A stretch of DNA of 63,999 nucleotides, filler included, from Circinaria calcarea (Eukaryota), in the NCBI GenBank assembly GCA_051942165.1. It is 6 parts of 6 records of this genome, joined end to end, with 100 filler letters (N's around TTAATTAATTAA, not from the genome) between each part and the next. Parts side by side here need not be neighbours in the genome. Positions count along the whole stretch, not along the records: positions 21,438 to 32,050 come from JAVECS010000786.1; positions 32,151 to 42,759 come from JAVECS010000787.1; 4 more parts are not named here. One strand, given 5' to 3'. The notes under the pieces were generated by a model. That model was given only the letters and a program-made list of their open reading frames with translations, was not told where the DNA came from and searched no databases. This document shows, piece after piece, positions 25,301 through 39,077 of this stretch (position 1 is the first letter of the stretch; each line of letters starts with the position of its first letter). Position numbers and translations under genes: made by a program.

Positions 25301-28300
25301 AAGAGTGTTTGGACTGAATCTCCTCTAGCGACGGCCGATGATGAATAAGGGTAATTTGCCGTGGATTATTCTCGTCTTGGCGTTGCACAATACCGCAACC
25401 GGGGATTAGCTATTTGGTAGAAAGGAAATATAATTTCTAGTGATTGGTAAAAAGATAAGCTATTTGAGCAATCATAAACTAGGCACCCATGTTCGGGTAC
25501 TATATGATAACGAAACAATATCGTCGAAGGACAGTGATGTTGCCTTTATTACTAAACGTACGATATGGAGCCCAAAGGAGTAAACGTTTTGGTTATCGAC
25601 ATGAATCCGTATATACTGCCAGTTGTATATGCTAGTTGATAGCGTATTGTCAACAAAAGAGTCCAAAGAGTTTGGCTGCCTGCCTCAATCCCAATGAGTC
25701 CTGTAGAGCCGTAACGATTTTAGCCCCTGGGCTAGAGAGTCAGGCGAGCCATCTCGCATGCGGATTTAGTTGGTAAATATGCAAGTAAGCTCGAACAGAC
25801 CGACACGATGCTCTTAGCGTTCCACGCACCTGCAGTAGCACCTTGAGACACGACTGCTAGTGAAGCATGCAACATGATCCACTAGTACGGGGGCGATCCT
25901 CAGTTCACCTGAATACTGCAGGGAGACTTGTAACCGAGTGATGTGGCATGGGCTATCTGACTCTCACATAAGCTCCAGGCCGATTGCGGTTAGGGGTTTT
26001 CTATAACTTGTACCTTATGGATGTACACGAAGGAAATGTCCAGGAGATAAGCATAGAGGAGAGTGATTCTTAACGTGATAACCTAGTTATGATGCCCCAA
26101 GACTTGAAAGTCGACGTGTGGGTGGCAGAGGTCCAATGGTATTTCCACCGTCTCTTGGCTTCCAGGAATTATATCGACGATTGGAGCAGCAGATGATACT
26201 TCCTAATACCTTTGTGTCAGACTTCAATATTTGAAATAACTGTCAGGCACCCATGATGACCACTCCTCTCGAAACGCGTGCCAACAAGCGTTGAGTTCTA
26301 GTGGCGTCTTCGGTGTGTGATTCGGGAGAAAGTTTTTCTGCCCTCCACCCCTCTTACGGGCCTGGAAACATCTTTTCTCGGATCAAAGGTTGCCGAGGTG
26401 TCTTACCACAGACCTTGACCAATGGTGGTCGCAAAACCTTGAGTAGATCTGTCCAGGTTTGCCAACTTGGCGATAATGCCGTGCCCAAATGTAGCTCAAC
26501 GTAACCTAGTTCAACATAGAGGCAAACTCCAACGGCTGACAAGACTCACTAACAATTCCGCTTTCGGAAAAGAGCTTCACATAAATAATTCTAAGCCGGA
26601 TATGCTTTGAAATCCGGATGATCGGAAGACCCTAGTTTAAACGGCTTTACATGGCGTTGAAGATCACGGTGACGATATGAGTGGTGCTCGGCGTAGAGCT
26701 TGGCTCCTTCCTAATCGGTCTTTCCTGCTTCGCATTGATTTTCCAACTAAAACCTAGGATTTCAGTAATGCACAGGGGAAGACACGATAATCTGCGGAAT
26801 CAACAGAGCATTCTAGAGGGGTTTCATACACCATTGTGGCATAGACCTGTTGCACACAATAGAAATTCGAAAATTTTATTGGTAATAAGCAGCATAAACT
26901 TAGAACACTGTTCACGGTTGTGTAAGAGTCCGGCTAGAATACAGTGTATGAGAAGTTAATGGGTAAGGGATTACCGCCAAACACAAAGGTTTATTTGTGT
27001 AAGAAAGTAACCACAGTACGTGATAGAACGCTCGAATTTCTAGGACGCAAAAATTCATCTTAGTCGCTTAGGAATATGAAATAACGATTGATGCCTTTTC
27101 CTGATATATACCCAGTACCAGCGAGTATGCAGGCTATGTAGCTTGGCGGCATATGGCTGTGGCGTGGAAGGCCCTTCGCGCCCAAAGCTAGCATGTGGAT
27201 CTGCAAGTGGGTGATCGACTCAAACACAGGATTGGGCTTTGACAGCAGTAAACTACATACCATATGCAAAATCGAAAAGCGGCAGTATGTACTTTTAGGC
27301 CAATGCCGCCATGGATGTTCTCGATGCTCTCAGAGCATTTACCTTTCCTAGAGCTCTGCCGTTCAATTTAGGATGAATAAGAAAACCCCCTTAACTAGCA
27401 CGTTCCGCACATCCCAATACTCCATCCGCCCCTGAAAATAACGTGGCAGTCAAATGGAGGGGATAGGTATCAAGGTTTATGAATTTAATATCTTAATGTT
27501 CATGAGATAGCAGGTTGATTCGCTGTCCGATGGCAGATGGCAATCCTGATCGGAGATCATTGGATAAGCAGCCAGTCACTTGCAGTCGTCGAGGTTTCGA
27601 TGATAGGTAGAGCCTTTGAGTATTTCCAGGACTATCTGGGACAAAACCATATATTGGATGATGCAGATGTCGAAAGAAGAACGGCCCACCTTAGCTTAAT
27701 ATGAACATTGCATCTGCAGGGGATGGGACAGCCATTCGTCAGCAGGTCGACTCCTTGGCCGCATGTCGTTTGCCGGGAGTCATTCCAATGCAGGAGTAGC
27801 GTAACCAATCGGAATTGAATATTGCATACACAGCTAAACTAAACTGAACGCAGCCAACACTGAGAAAAGGTTTATCCCCACCAATCGAATTTAGCAGAAA
27901 TCAGCCTTCGTTTGACATGTAGACCGTAATGAGACAGATGAGATTTGACTTCCAGCCTCAATCATTATCCTAAATGCAGAATGACATTAAGTAGAGTACA
28001 ATACCACACCACGTTTGGACAGCTGGAGCCCCGGGAGATGCGCGTCCACACAGTCGGTATTAAGTACTGAGGTGAGAGGAGGCCAGTGGTGGGTGGCCTA
28101 CTGCATTCAGCACTCTCGGTGTACATCCAAGATCATGGAGGATGTGTGATCCATGTTGCGAATCCCGCCGGCAGGCAGTAGACCGGTCCCGGAAGATTAA
28201 TTATCGCCTCAAGCCGATGACAAGAGTATCTAGAGGATGATCGGTTGTCGCCCAAAGGATTGCAACTTGAGCTCGACTGTCGATGGTTACCGAGCCATGG

Positions 28301-31300
28301 ACTACTGTGAGTCTGGTAAAAGTTAGAGATCAGAAAGGGAGGAGGAGAGGAGTGGGCGTTGACGTCCAATCCCGGCAACATGACACAGCAGCTGCAAGGC
28401 CGCCGTACCCAAGCGCAGTCCGTGGGAGGGCCTGCAATGCAATGCAAGTGGCTTTGATCCTTTGCTCGTCTTAATTCGGCAGCACGTCTTAATCTGGACC
28501 GGTCAGCGGTGCAGTGATTTCTCGAGCCGTCCCCAATAGGTTCTCTGCACTTCAACGCCATACCCGTTGTGCGATGTTACTCCCCGTAAATGGTCCGATA
28601 GCGGTCTCCCTTCACTTCATCTTCTGAACGACTCAGGGATCAGGGCTGCGATTGCCTATGCAATGCCCTCGTCTGGGGACAGCCCGCAGTATATTTGCAT
28701 CAGTCAGTGCGGCCCTCAATCATGCGACCGATCGATCACGGAGCTTTCAGGATCACACACAACGGTTCATGCAGCCCCAGCTACTCTGTATCACGCTCTC
28801 GCACCACTAGTCGTTGGCACCAGCACATGGGAGGGTCCAAGCCAGGATTCGGCGTGTTGGGCGCGGCGAGGCCAGAGTTTCGCTTACGTGATGGCATCTC
28901 CAAAGTCCGTTACCAATCTCATCAGCGTACCTTCAAAGCTCGACGGAGATCCAGGCCGAAACGTGGGAGAGTTTCAGGACCGGGGAGAGTAGTGAGAACA
29001 GCTTCTCCGGCCCCAACGAATCCGCCCAAAGCCGCGTGGGAAACGGCACCAATGGAGTGGATCCCTTCCGCAGATCACGTCGATCCTGCCGATCTCCAAT
29101 CGACAACATGTACTTTGGGAGAGTACCTTGGTTTCCAGACCATTGTCACCAGTTATGATGGATTACCGCATTCGGGCTTTTTCTGCTGTTGTTATCGAGG
29201 AGACATGTCAGAGGCTTCAGAGCGCCAGCAAATCAACCCGGCACCAGGTCCAGGGTCGTGTGACTTGGTGTGCCCCTGCCCACGCAATAAAGGACGCATG
29301 ATAGCCGGCCGTCCAATGCCCAACGGCCGAATTCCGAATGTGGAAGCTGATACTGCCCCTTCGTATTCGGCCACTGCCGTTGACATATTCCTGCCGGAAC
29401 TGCAACTGAGACAAGAACTGGAAATCACCACTGGCGGTCCGTGTCATCGGTCTGGGGCAGACTTCCCGGAGAGCAGCAGGCGGCGGCACCGTGCATGGCC
29501 CTACGTCTAGCTCCGCATATGGCGGGTGAGACCCGAATTTTGCTTTTGTCCCATCATCTCACTTTAATGAAAACCTTGGAGCGACGTCAGGCCAATCCCG
29601 CAGCTGCTGAGAGCGACCCCAGGGGCGGGCCATGTCGGGCTTTAGGAATGGAAGCGCTGCACAGTGCATGCCGACAGGGCCATCCGATGTGCCTTTCCTG
29701 GCAAGCATAGCGGTGGACGGGGACACCTATTCCAGAGATGGCGTATCAAACGCTGAAAGCATGAGTGACATAGGTGGACCGGGTTGGTGCCCAGATCCTC
29801 TGGTCGTGATGCCTGCCGAAGCCTCTGTCCATTTGGCATCACAGCCCCCAAATTAATGGTGCCCTCTCCCATCCCTTGACCACCAAGGGCGGGATGACCG
29901 GCGCCACGTTCCGGGGATGTATCCAGCTAAGGCATGTAAATGATGAACAGATTACTCGCCCACCGTGCCGCATGGCTACAGTACTCTACTACTGTACATA
30001 CTCTACTCTATGCTCTGCCTGCTCCCATCATCGAGCGACTAGGGAATTCGACACCTATTAGAGTAGAGGCACCCGGCCCAAGAAAAGGATTGACAGGGTC
30101 CGCCCGCTCTAAGCGACCCGTTTTAGTTTGGAGTTTGGCGGACGGAGGCGCGCTTTTCGACGGCTAGTCATGTGGTTGGATGCATGGTCTGTGTGGCAGT
30201 CTCCCTCCTCTCGTGCGGTGGTAAGGCGTGTCTACTGTTCTGTAGTCCAACCCTCGGTCCGTTCTGGCAGATGCTCGTTGCGGAGTGCTGATTAGTTAGA
30301 CAAAGCGCTCAGCCGGCATGTCAGGGGCACAAGGTCGCTAAGGCCGGTGATGACATGATCCCAGCACAACGGGCAATGGGCTTCGACCGCTTTTCCAGAA
30401 GGCTGTCACATAGGCTGTCATCATGCAACGTTAAGTCCAAAGTGTAATTCCCGTCGAATCACTGCAAGCGAGCCCTTTGTTTTTGCCAAACCCAACCGCC
30501 AGCCCAGGCCGTGTTTCTATACGAAGGGAATCCCATACACCCTTCCCACCCTGGCACCGTTGTCCCATTGCCTAAATCATGTAGCTAGTCGTAGTCAGAC
30601 CCAGTGTCCTTAAACCACCACAGCCTCATCCCCATCCTCCATCGACCTCTTCCGCATGCACCGTCGATCATCGGGAATATTGCTTGACCGATAGATCGCT
30701 GCACTGCTGATTGGCTGGAGACAAGCCCAGGGCCAGAAGAACTCCCCCACCCCATGCGCAACTCATCCTCTCTTCAAATCTCGCCTCGCCATGTATCCTG
30801 GTCAGACCGCCGTCCGTCCACCGGGGCTCACAGTACGTGTCACACGTGGTGATCCCAGAGCGGCAGTCACAGCTCGGAGGCATTCAGACTTTGGATGGAT
30901 GCGCCATCGAGAGCACCGGTCCGGCGAGGTGATTACCCTGTTGCTTCAATGGAAAAGCTTGTCCTCCCTGCCAGCATGCGGGCTGAGATAGGGTTATGGA
31001 TATCCTGTCCTGGCCTTTGCCTCAATCCGGCCAAAGTCAAAAGTTGAGCGAGGGTGGGCGTCTCGCATTGACTTCAATGAAAAGCAGCGCATTGGTATTT
31101 GTACCGTCACTCTAGCCCTCCTCTCCACACCACAACTGCTAAGATCGTCGACTTACGCCCCCCTCGAGCAGGCCGGCCGCTTCTTTATATCAACACCCTG
31201 GCAAAAGGCCATGGCAAGGTGCACAACATCGTCATTTTGTTCGACCTTCATACTTTTCTCTCGACACAGCTGCCCTTGCCCCGCCGCAGGAACCGAACTC

Positions 31301-32050
31301 GATCTCTGAGGCGATCCGCACGCCCTACGGACTACACGGCATCTTTTGGCGGCATATAGCCTTCATCATCTCATCCAGTTTCATCCTCGACGCTGTAAGC
31401 CAAGACTGCTTGAAACCTTCCATCTTCCCCCCGTCCCCCCCGGAGTAATCATCGCCTGTTCGACTGGCCAAAGTGCAAGCAAAGACCTGCCATTGCCGAC
31501 CTTTATCGTTCAATAAGGCAAGGAGAGTAGGAGTGATTCGTCAGGGAATCCCTCGAATCCTCTCCCGGGCCCTGACGTTGGATTGACCAGGTACCCTCTA
31601 ATATCGGTCGGCCAAGTCGGACTACTGTAGCCCTGGTCGGTGTGCTGGGGGTGATTTGCTCTTGGGGCCCGGCCGCGTTTGACGGCGACCGTTGCACCTC
31701 CAAACCTTTGGCTCGTCCAGTAGATATTCACTCCCTCCGACGGGGGGCCCCATCAGCTCGGAGATCTGATCAAGCTTACTCTTCTAGCTGCCCCTTCCAC
31801 AGTTCCCTGGCCCTTCTCATCCATCAACGCCCATCAGCACTGGCCGGAAGCAGACTGCTCCCTTGATGAAGGGGGTTGTGATTACTAGTAGGATATCAAC
31901 ATCCTCCCAGTTCGGACCGCATTTGTAAGGACCCTCTTCCCCTAGATCTTCATCCTTGATATGTGCAGGCTGTATTGCGGAGCTGTTGTGTCGGTTGACT
32001 GTGGCTTCTCCGCACACTTGATAAGCTTCACGGTACTCTCTTTGATAGAC

Positions 32051-32150
32051 NNNNNNNNNNNNNNNNNNNNNNNNNNNNNNNNNNNNNNNNNNNNTTAATT
32101 AATTAANNNNNNNNNNNNNNNNNNNNNNNNNNNNNNNNNNNNNNNNNNNN
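32051..32150. other. Artificial contig linker
   Basis: N44-TTAATTAATTAA-N44. Confidence 0.98.
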
Positions 32151-32785
32151 CCCCTTCCACAACCCCGAACGTTCCCCCATTCCTTTCTTTTCCCTCCTCC
32201 CCATTCTTCTTCTCATCTTCACTTCCCCTTATTCCTCTCGTTTTTTTCCCGAAACCTGGTTCCCGATCCGGGTTCCGGGTTCCCGGTAAACTCGTTCTTT
32301 CTCTCACACCTCGTCCTTACTTCGTTCTTAACTCGTCGCTGTGGGATGGGTAGGGTACGGGTTGGAGTACGGGTACGGTTATCGTAATGGGGAATGAAAG
32401 ATCAAGATCAAAATCAAGGGCAAGGGGCAAAAAAGGGGGGTTGCTGAAATTGAGGAAAGGAACTGTCGATGGAATATGGGACTTGGGACTTGGGAAAGTT
32501 TGAGCAAGGGGATGGATGGGGGGGTTTTTTTTCCCCAACGCAAAAAAGCCCGTTCCGTTCGTTCGTTCCACCGACTCCACCGACTACTCTACCGATTCTA
32601 CCGATGAAGACGAAGGCAAAACGCCAGTGCCAGCGCCCAGAATTTGTGACTACGAGATGGGAGATGGGAGATGAGATGGGAAATTTGGAGATTTTGAACA
32701 AAATTGGGGAGGAGGGGGGGTTGTTTAAATACCGGATTGGGCATCTCGGCATTTGGGCATTGCCTTTACCTTTGTTTTGAGCAAG

Positions 32786-32889
32786 ACTAGGAGGACGTAG
32801 GACTAGGACTTAGGACTAGGATTTATTCATGATCATCGAAAAAAAAACGCTAAAGGAGACCAAGAGCCAAAGACCAAGAGCCAAAGACC
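32786..32889. repeat. Short tandem repeats: imperfect (GGACTA)n and 14-bp AGACCAAGAGCCAA x2.4
   Basis: Read directly; lies just downstream of the Spg5-like gene. Confidence 0.7.
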
Positions 32890-33027
32890 GATAACAAATA
32901 GTCTAATCAGAACCAAAAGACGCCTACCTAACCTAATGGCTTCTGGCAGGCATCCACCATGTTTCCCACCAAACCCACCACACTACCCTTCCAAAAGAAA
33001 AACCCCCCAAAAACCGCTCCAAACACA

Positions 33028-34489
33028 TCACCGCCTCGCACCGTCGCACTCAGCTAGGAACCGATAAATGCCCTCGACGCCTTCATACTCCTTACTCGTT
33101 CTCCTTTGAAACCGGCCAGACGTCAACTTATCACTCGCCGAGAAACTCGCGTCAAGCTCATCGGAACCGTAGTCTTCCATTCCCTCCTCGCCTTCCTCTC
33201 CATCTTCTTCTTCTTCTACCCACGGGTTTGAACCTATGGGGGGCAAAGAAGACTCGAGATGGGAATAACTTTCCTCGCTCGTGATCGATCGGGTCGATAA
33301 CCCTGCACCGGAGTCATGCGACGACTGCTCGGACGGCGAGAGCATATTCTTCCAATCCACATCCTCACGCTTTTGCGACGGCAACACATTTTCAAAGTAC
33401 CGCGTCTCGTTGTCGGTTTCGGAAGATGCAGCCGAATCGGCAAAGGGGAATAGCAAGGCCATCTCGGCGTCTCCATCTTCTCTCCATGCTTCGTCTTCAC
33501 GAATTACACCTCTGCGGATGGCGAGTTCGTCGCACAGAGATGATACGGTTTGGAAGTCGCAGCCAGGGAAGTGGACGCGGAGGATGGAGTTGGACAGGGA
33601 AAGGGGGAGGTCGCCGAGAGTGTAGAGACGTTTGAGATCGGAGAGGATGGCTGCAAGGTCTTGAAGGGCGTGAGCGAAGTCGATGGATAGGGTATCCAAG
33701 AGACCCTCTGCGTTCAAAGATGGCTCTAAGACACCTCCCGAGGAAGTCGTAGAGAAAGCACCGAGGGCAGTGACTGTAGGGCTGAGTGTGAATTCCAATC
33801 TTGTGCCCTTTGTAGCCTTTGAAGCAAAAGCCTTGCTCATAGTCTTGGTCGCTTTATCCTGTACCTCTGTCACAGCCTTCCACCTCTTCTCCCCCGTCTT
33901 CTGATCCACACCGTCATATCTTGCTTTCTGTCCTCCGAGCCAAAAAGTCCGAACGGCTGCGGAAACATTATGCACGACTTGTGCCTGACTGGCTGGCGTA
34001 TGGCTAAAATGCCTTAGACCTCCCTTTCCAACCCCGCCGAGTGTGTAGCCACCTGCTGAGCGAGGGAGAGCGCCACCTGTCAGATTCGGGCGGAGGGCCG
34101 ACGCGAACGGTGCACCTCCTTGTCGAACGATGGTCTTGCTAATAGTCGAGGTAGGAAGAGATGAGCGCGTAGGACGACCGAGATTTCGCCAGGCCGGTTT
34201 AGATGCGAGGTTTCGGATGGTGGTAGAGAACCAGCGGGTTTGAGCTTGGGAACGAGATTGGCGGAGAAATGCTACCGGATGGATGGGTTGGCGGGTAGTA
34301 CGAATGGGGATCGGTTGGAGTACTGCTGCGTTGGACTGGGGGAGTTTGGAACGGATGAGTGAGGCTGTTTTGGAAACGGCAAATCTGTGGTGAGGTTAAT
34401 TGACTGCTGGAGAAACAATTACTTCTCCGGACATACTTGATGGCCTTCATGGCTTTTGGGACCAGAAGATGGCCACTGGACGGCGCCAT
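33028..34489 (-). CDS. Stationary-phase protein 5 (Spg5)-like conserved fungal protein (family often labelled 'casein kinase II beta 2 subunit')
   Basis: Exons 34489-34437 and 34384-33028. Conserved blocks APFASALRPNLTGGALPRSAGGY, RHFSHTPASQAQVVHNVS, LGDLPL, LRVHFPGCD, YEGVEGIYRFLAECD. Family assignment is from memory. Confidence 0.75.
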
Positions 34490-35352
34490 GATGGTGGGAT
34501 TGCTGATAATGCGGGAGAGATTGAAATCTACTCTACAAGTTGATGTGGGGGATGAGGTGGCAAACCAAAAGCCACGTTCGAGCCACACCCGAGATAGGCT
34601 TAGACTAGGATTGCAGCCTTATCGACTTCGGTTAGGCACGGATTGGTGGAATGTGAAGCTCCTCTCTCAAACGTCAAGATATCATGGATAAAATACGTAT
34701 CAAACCAAGCGTGGTCGTATAAAGTGAACACTTGTGAGTGGGCAAGAACAACAATTGATGCAAAGGCAATTTTGATTTTTTTTGTATGCAGGCTGCTAGA
34801 AACCCTCCAAATCTATGGGTCATTTGCATTATTGCACCACAGCCAAAGCCAAGCTCCCCAGAAAGCCCCGCAAAGTGTCCGCCATGGGACCGAGTAAGGA
34901 GATGCTTTTCCAGCGCGTGGGCCCGCTATGCCACAAGTTAAGAAGACCGTAAGCTACTTGCTATCGCCAAGTCTGAAATTTCCGGCTGAGTTTCTGGATG
35001 TCGTGGTAAGCATGACCGTCGTGAAAGGATCGCTCCGGGGTAGGACTGCAATAAGCGCCTATCAGATACATGAAAAAGGAAGTTCGAATTTTGGGCAAGT
35101 GTTGCAGTATTACATGCCAGCATGATTGAATGGCAGTGGTGAAAGATGGTTATCATGATTACCTCCGATAACCGGTGGAGGTTCGATTGAGATGTCGGCG
35201 AGCATGCGCTGAGAGACTTTGGTCCGGAGAATACTCCATCCAGTACCTTGCAACAAATCTAAAACATGATTCAGACTCGGTATTGGACTTGACCGTCTCG
35301 ACTGCTGAAGTCGTAGCGCATAGATGCCAGAGGTATCGAGGTTGTGAAACTA

Positions 35353-38300
35353 TCAGCGTTCAAGCTCGGCCTTGAGATTTGCGTCGATAATCTTGTCGAT
35401 TTTAGAACGGTTCCTCATGTTGAAGGCGCCGTTCCTCCAAGCCGATCGAAGTTTATCAAACGCCAACTTCTCCTTTCGAGATGCCTCCACCTTGACTAGA
35501 TCGACATAGTCTCGCGCCAGATCATCCGTAATGACTTTCTGGCCGAGCACCGACTCGTCATAGTAAAGTATCAGATTCCGGACGCCGACGTTTGATTCTC
35601 GTTGGGCAGCATCTTCGAACGCCAGGCGCCTAAACTCCTCATACATACGGGTGTTGAAGTTTCGAACCAAGAAGTGAGACCAGAACTGATACAGAATGTC
35701 CATGTCACGATGACATTGGCCTATTGCCGTCTGTTCGCGTTCCAACAATGCATTAGCTCGAAAGGCAGTATACGACTCATGCGTCAAATCGCTTGGTAAA
35801 TCGTCAATTGGAGTCTCCTTGTCTTTGACCCAAAATACCGGAGGAGCATTGCTGGTTGCACGTCTGGTGGTCGAGCCAAAAACAGGTGGGCTCCGTGATC
35901 CATGTGAGCTATCCAGATCACGACTATTATCCACTTAGCGACTGTCTAGGTCGGTAGCAAGACCGGACGGGTTATATCTTACCTGTCCGAGGTGTGATCT
36001 CCGTTGGTACTGGAGGCCGATTGTCGATCTGCACAACTAGCAAGTTCATCGGAAATGGTCCTCCCGTCGATAGAGCCGTTCGAGAAAGTACGCATTGCAG
36101 CCAAAGACGGTGGTGTCAATGGTGTTGCAGGACTAACTGGTTTCCGAATTACAATCATCAGGCTTTCAACTTGCTCATCGGAGAAGGAGTTTCCCACGGA
36201 TGTATGAGGTTCAAGCGGTGATAGCACATGATTGCTAAGAAGTGGTAGTCCAGGAGCAAAGTCTGGAACAGCAGCTGAAAGAGGGGTTTGGGTAATCTGT
36301 GCATCACTGATTTCTCCGTTAGACGCCGTTTGTAATACTCCCTGCACAAATGGTTGTGTCACTTCGTCCACGGCCCCGTCTAGAGTATGGAAGACATTAT
36401 CGTCCATACGGCTTGGTGCGGCTGCAAATGACGCTCTCCATGACACTGCGTTCCGGCCTCCCGATGCATGTTGTCCTTCCAGTATATGAGGCTGCGGTAC
36501 ATTTGGCTGGTGCATCTGAACTGGCCCATCGTTTTTGGCACCTTCTTCACGATCTTCCATGCTGAGAACCCACTGCTTCCATCCATCTACTGCTCGAACT
36601 CGATCAATCCCGTCTGCTCCGGTTTGCAGCTCTATTGTAGGGGCCTGGAGACAAACATATCGTACCAGGTCGATGTCAGAAGTGAGCTGTTTGATACGAT
36701 TGAAGTTTGTCAATACACTGAGAAATACGAAGCCCTGTGAGTCCATATGCTTGCGCAAGAATAGATCTTTGCAGAGGTTGTCCACCGAAAAGTAATACTC
36801 CCTAGCCAATGTTAGTCATAATGTGCTGTTCTCACGCGGAGGACGGCCTACATCTGCATTTGAACCATACCAAGAAGCTGCAGTTGTTCCACATATGGGG
36901 TATAGGGTATAGCGCTCATGATGCCTGGATGACCAACTTCATATGCGTACATGTTCGCTAGATTAGTTTGTATTGCTGGCAGTTGTTGACTACTCGAGGG
37001 GAGACCATTCGGGTAACGCCCGTATACTGGTGGATTTGGGATCGATTGAAAAATTTGAGATCGTGAATTTGCACGATAGGCCCTTGATTCACGTTGTGGT
37101 GAGTTGAAAGGCGCTACGTGAGGCTGAGAAGTTGAATGGCGATCAGTATAAGAATGTGACTTGGAAGGTGGATATCCTGAAGTGGAGTTATGACTTGCGT
37201 GACGATTGGAAATGTCCTGTCCGTTGGCTGGGTTGTTGCTACCGAAGCCATTTACTCCACCTCTGCTTCCACGGAAATTGCCTCGCCCGCGCTCCGGTCG
37301 TCCTTCACCACGTTCACGAGGATGTGAGTATCCATTCGAATCCCGAAAGAAATCGGACGGACGCATGGAACCTTCACTTCTTCGCTCTGGTCCATTCGAT
37401 TTGGGATTAGCATGATCAAATAAAGGCTTTTGTGGCTTGTCTTCTTGGTCAAGACCATTTTGTGCCGGCTTCCGACCTGGCTGGTATGCACCTTTGAGTT
37501 GAGACGGAGAAGCTTGATGTCCACTATGGGAACTCTCAGTCTGGGTTGCTGTCGAGGTTCTACGGTTCTCGGCCTGGTCAGGATGGCCCTCTTGAGCTGA
37601 ATTTCCTTCAGTCGTGGAATTTTCGTTACGCTCATCCTGTACCGCTGCATCTGCAGATTTCCGCTGCTCCCTTGAAGTAGGTGGTCCAGCGCTTGCAGCC
37701 CTCCTTGGTCTGGCCGCAAACGATCCGCCTCTGGGTGGACCCATATCTCCTCTGCCACGCTCACCTCCTGAGACAGCCGACACTGCTGCGTTGGTTGGAT
37801 TGCCTATGAAGGGCTTCTCCCCATTAATGCTACCATGCGACATATGACCCCCTCGAGAACCTGTTTCCCTTCCTCCACGTGGAGGTCGACCGCCTCTTCT
37901 AGCAGGTGGAAGCGGGGTGGCAAAGACTGCAGAAGGAACATAAGGTACCGTCACCCACTTTTCCTTTCCATGGGACTTTGGAACCGAGACTTTTTCTTTT
38001 TCGTTCTTTTCCAATCTGTCGCCTCTATCCTGCGCTCTCCTTTTCTCCTCTTCTTGAGCGCTCTCAGGAGTAGGCCAAGATATGGCATCACTAGGCGGCG
38101 GAGGAGGTGGTATTGACGCAGGTTTCACAACTTCCGGTGAACGCGGCCCACGTTGCGTGTTGCTATCAACCCCTATCATAGTGGTGAGTACATATACGGA
38201 GCAGGAGTTGGAAGTATGAATTACCTTCTTCGTTATCGCGGACTGTCCTATCGCCAGACTTTCCGACTTCTCTGACTACACCAAAAGGCTTGGTTTCGTC

Positions 38301-39077
38301 CGGTTGACTACCAGGCTTCCTTCTCCTCGCGAAATCTGGTTTTTGAGACTCTAGACCGTTAGGCAAGCCAGATTCCTTATTTGACGAACCAACTGTAGAC
38401 AAAGCTGGTCTCAGATCTTTGCTTGCCTTCGCCTGCTTCTCCTTTCTCTGATCCCAAATATTGAAGCTCGGTGGAGGTGCTTCCCTCAATTGGGAAGGAG
38501 CCGGTACCTGATCCCATGAAAGCACCTTCATATCCTCACTTTCAGCACCTTGTTTCTCACCATTCTCTGCGCCTCCTTTCCTATCGTTCTCCGTGTCTCT
38601 TTTCCCATCGTTTTCTTCTCCGTTCTGAGACGTCTGAGAACGCTTATCGAATGTTGAATCGGAGGACCCGTTAGTCCTGACGAAGAGATCGTCTTCTTTA
38701 GGCAGGGTCGAGACCGATAAACCACTCAGGTCAGGAGTCGTTGGTGTGGAGATTGCAGTCTGAGATACCACCGGAGATTTCGGCGGTAGTGCTAGAGTCC
38801 CATTCAGAGTATCCTCTGTTTTCTGCTCGTGATCCATCTTAGGTGTAATCTGGCCTTCGCTAGCTCTCCGAGGTGTCACCATCTTTTCCAACGCGTCCGA
38901 GTTCTCTGCACGCTGATCTGCCCCACCGCTTTTTGTTCCAGTCTCCGTGGTGTCTGAGAGGGGCTTTTTAGGTCGATGAGAGAGGGAAGGAGATCGACCC
39001 TTGGCTGCCTCTGCGTAAGAAAACGAAGGACCTGGTGAAGTCGTTCCGCTCCCTGTATTCTGTGGCGACCTAGACAT
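35353..39077 (-). CDS. La-related RNA-binding protein, LARP1/Sro9-like, with La motif and C-terminal DM15-like region
   Basis: Exons 39077-38225, 38172-36852, 36801-35983, 35923-35353. La motif [25 protein letters not shown]...[11 protein letters not shown]-rich low complexity; C-terminal [29 protein letters not shown]. Confidence 0.9.

Noticed and set aside
28695..29510. 271-aa ORF and overlapping ORFs
   Set aside because: TTG start, Arg/Pro/Ser/Gly-rich composition typical of chance ORFs in GC-rich non-coding DNA, no recognisable motif.
32151..32780. ORFs and STD-like 9-bp repeats at the start of contig 4
   Set aside because: Low-complexity, homopolymer-rich contig end; no consistent reading frame can be supported.
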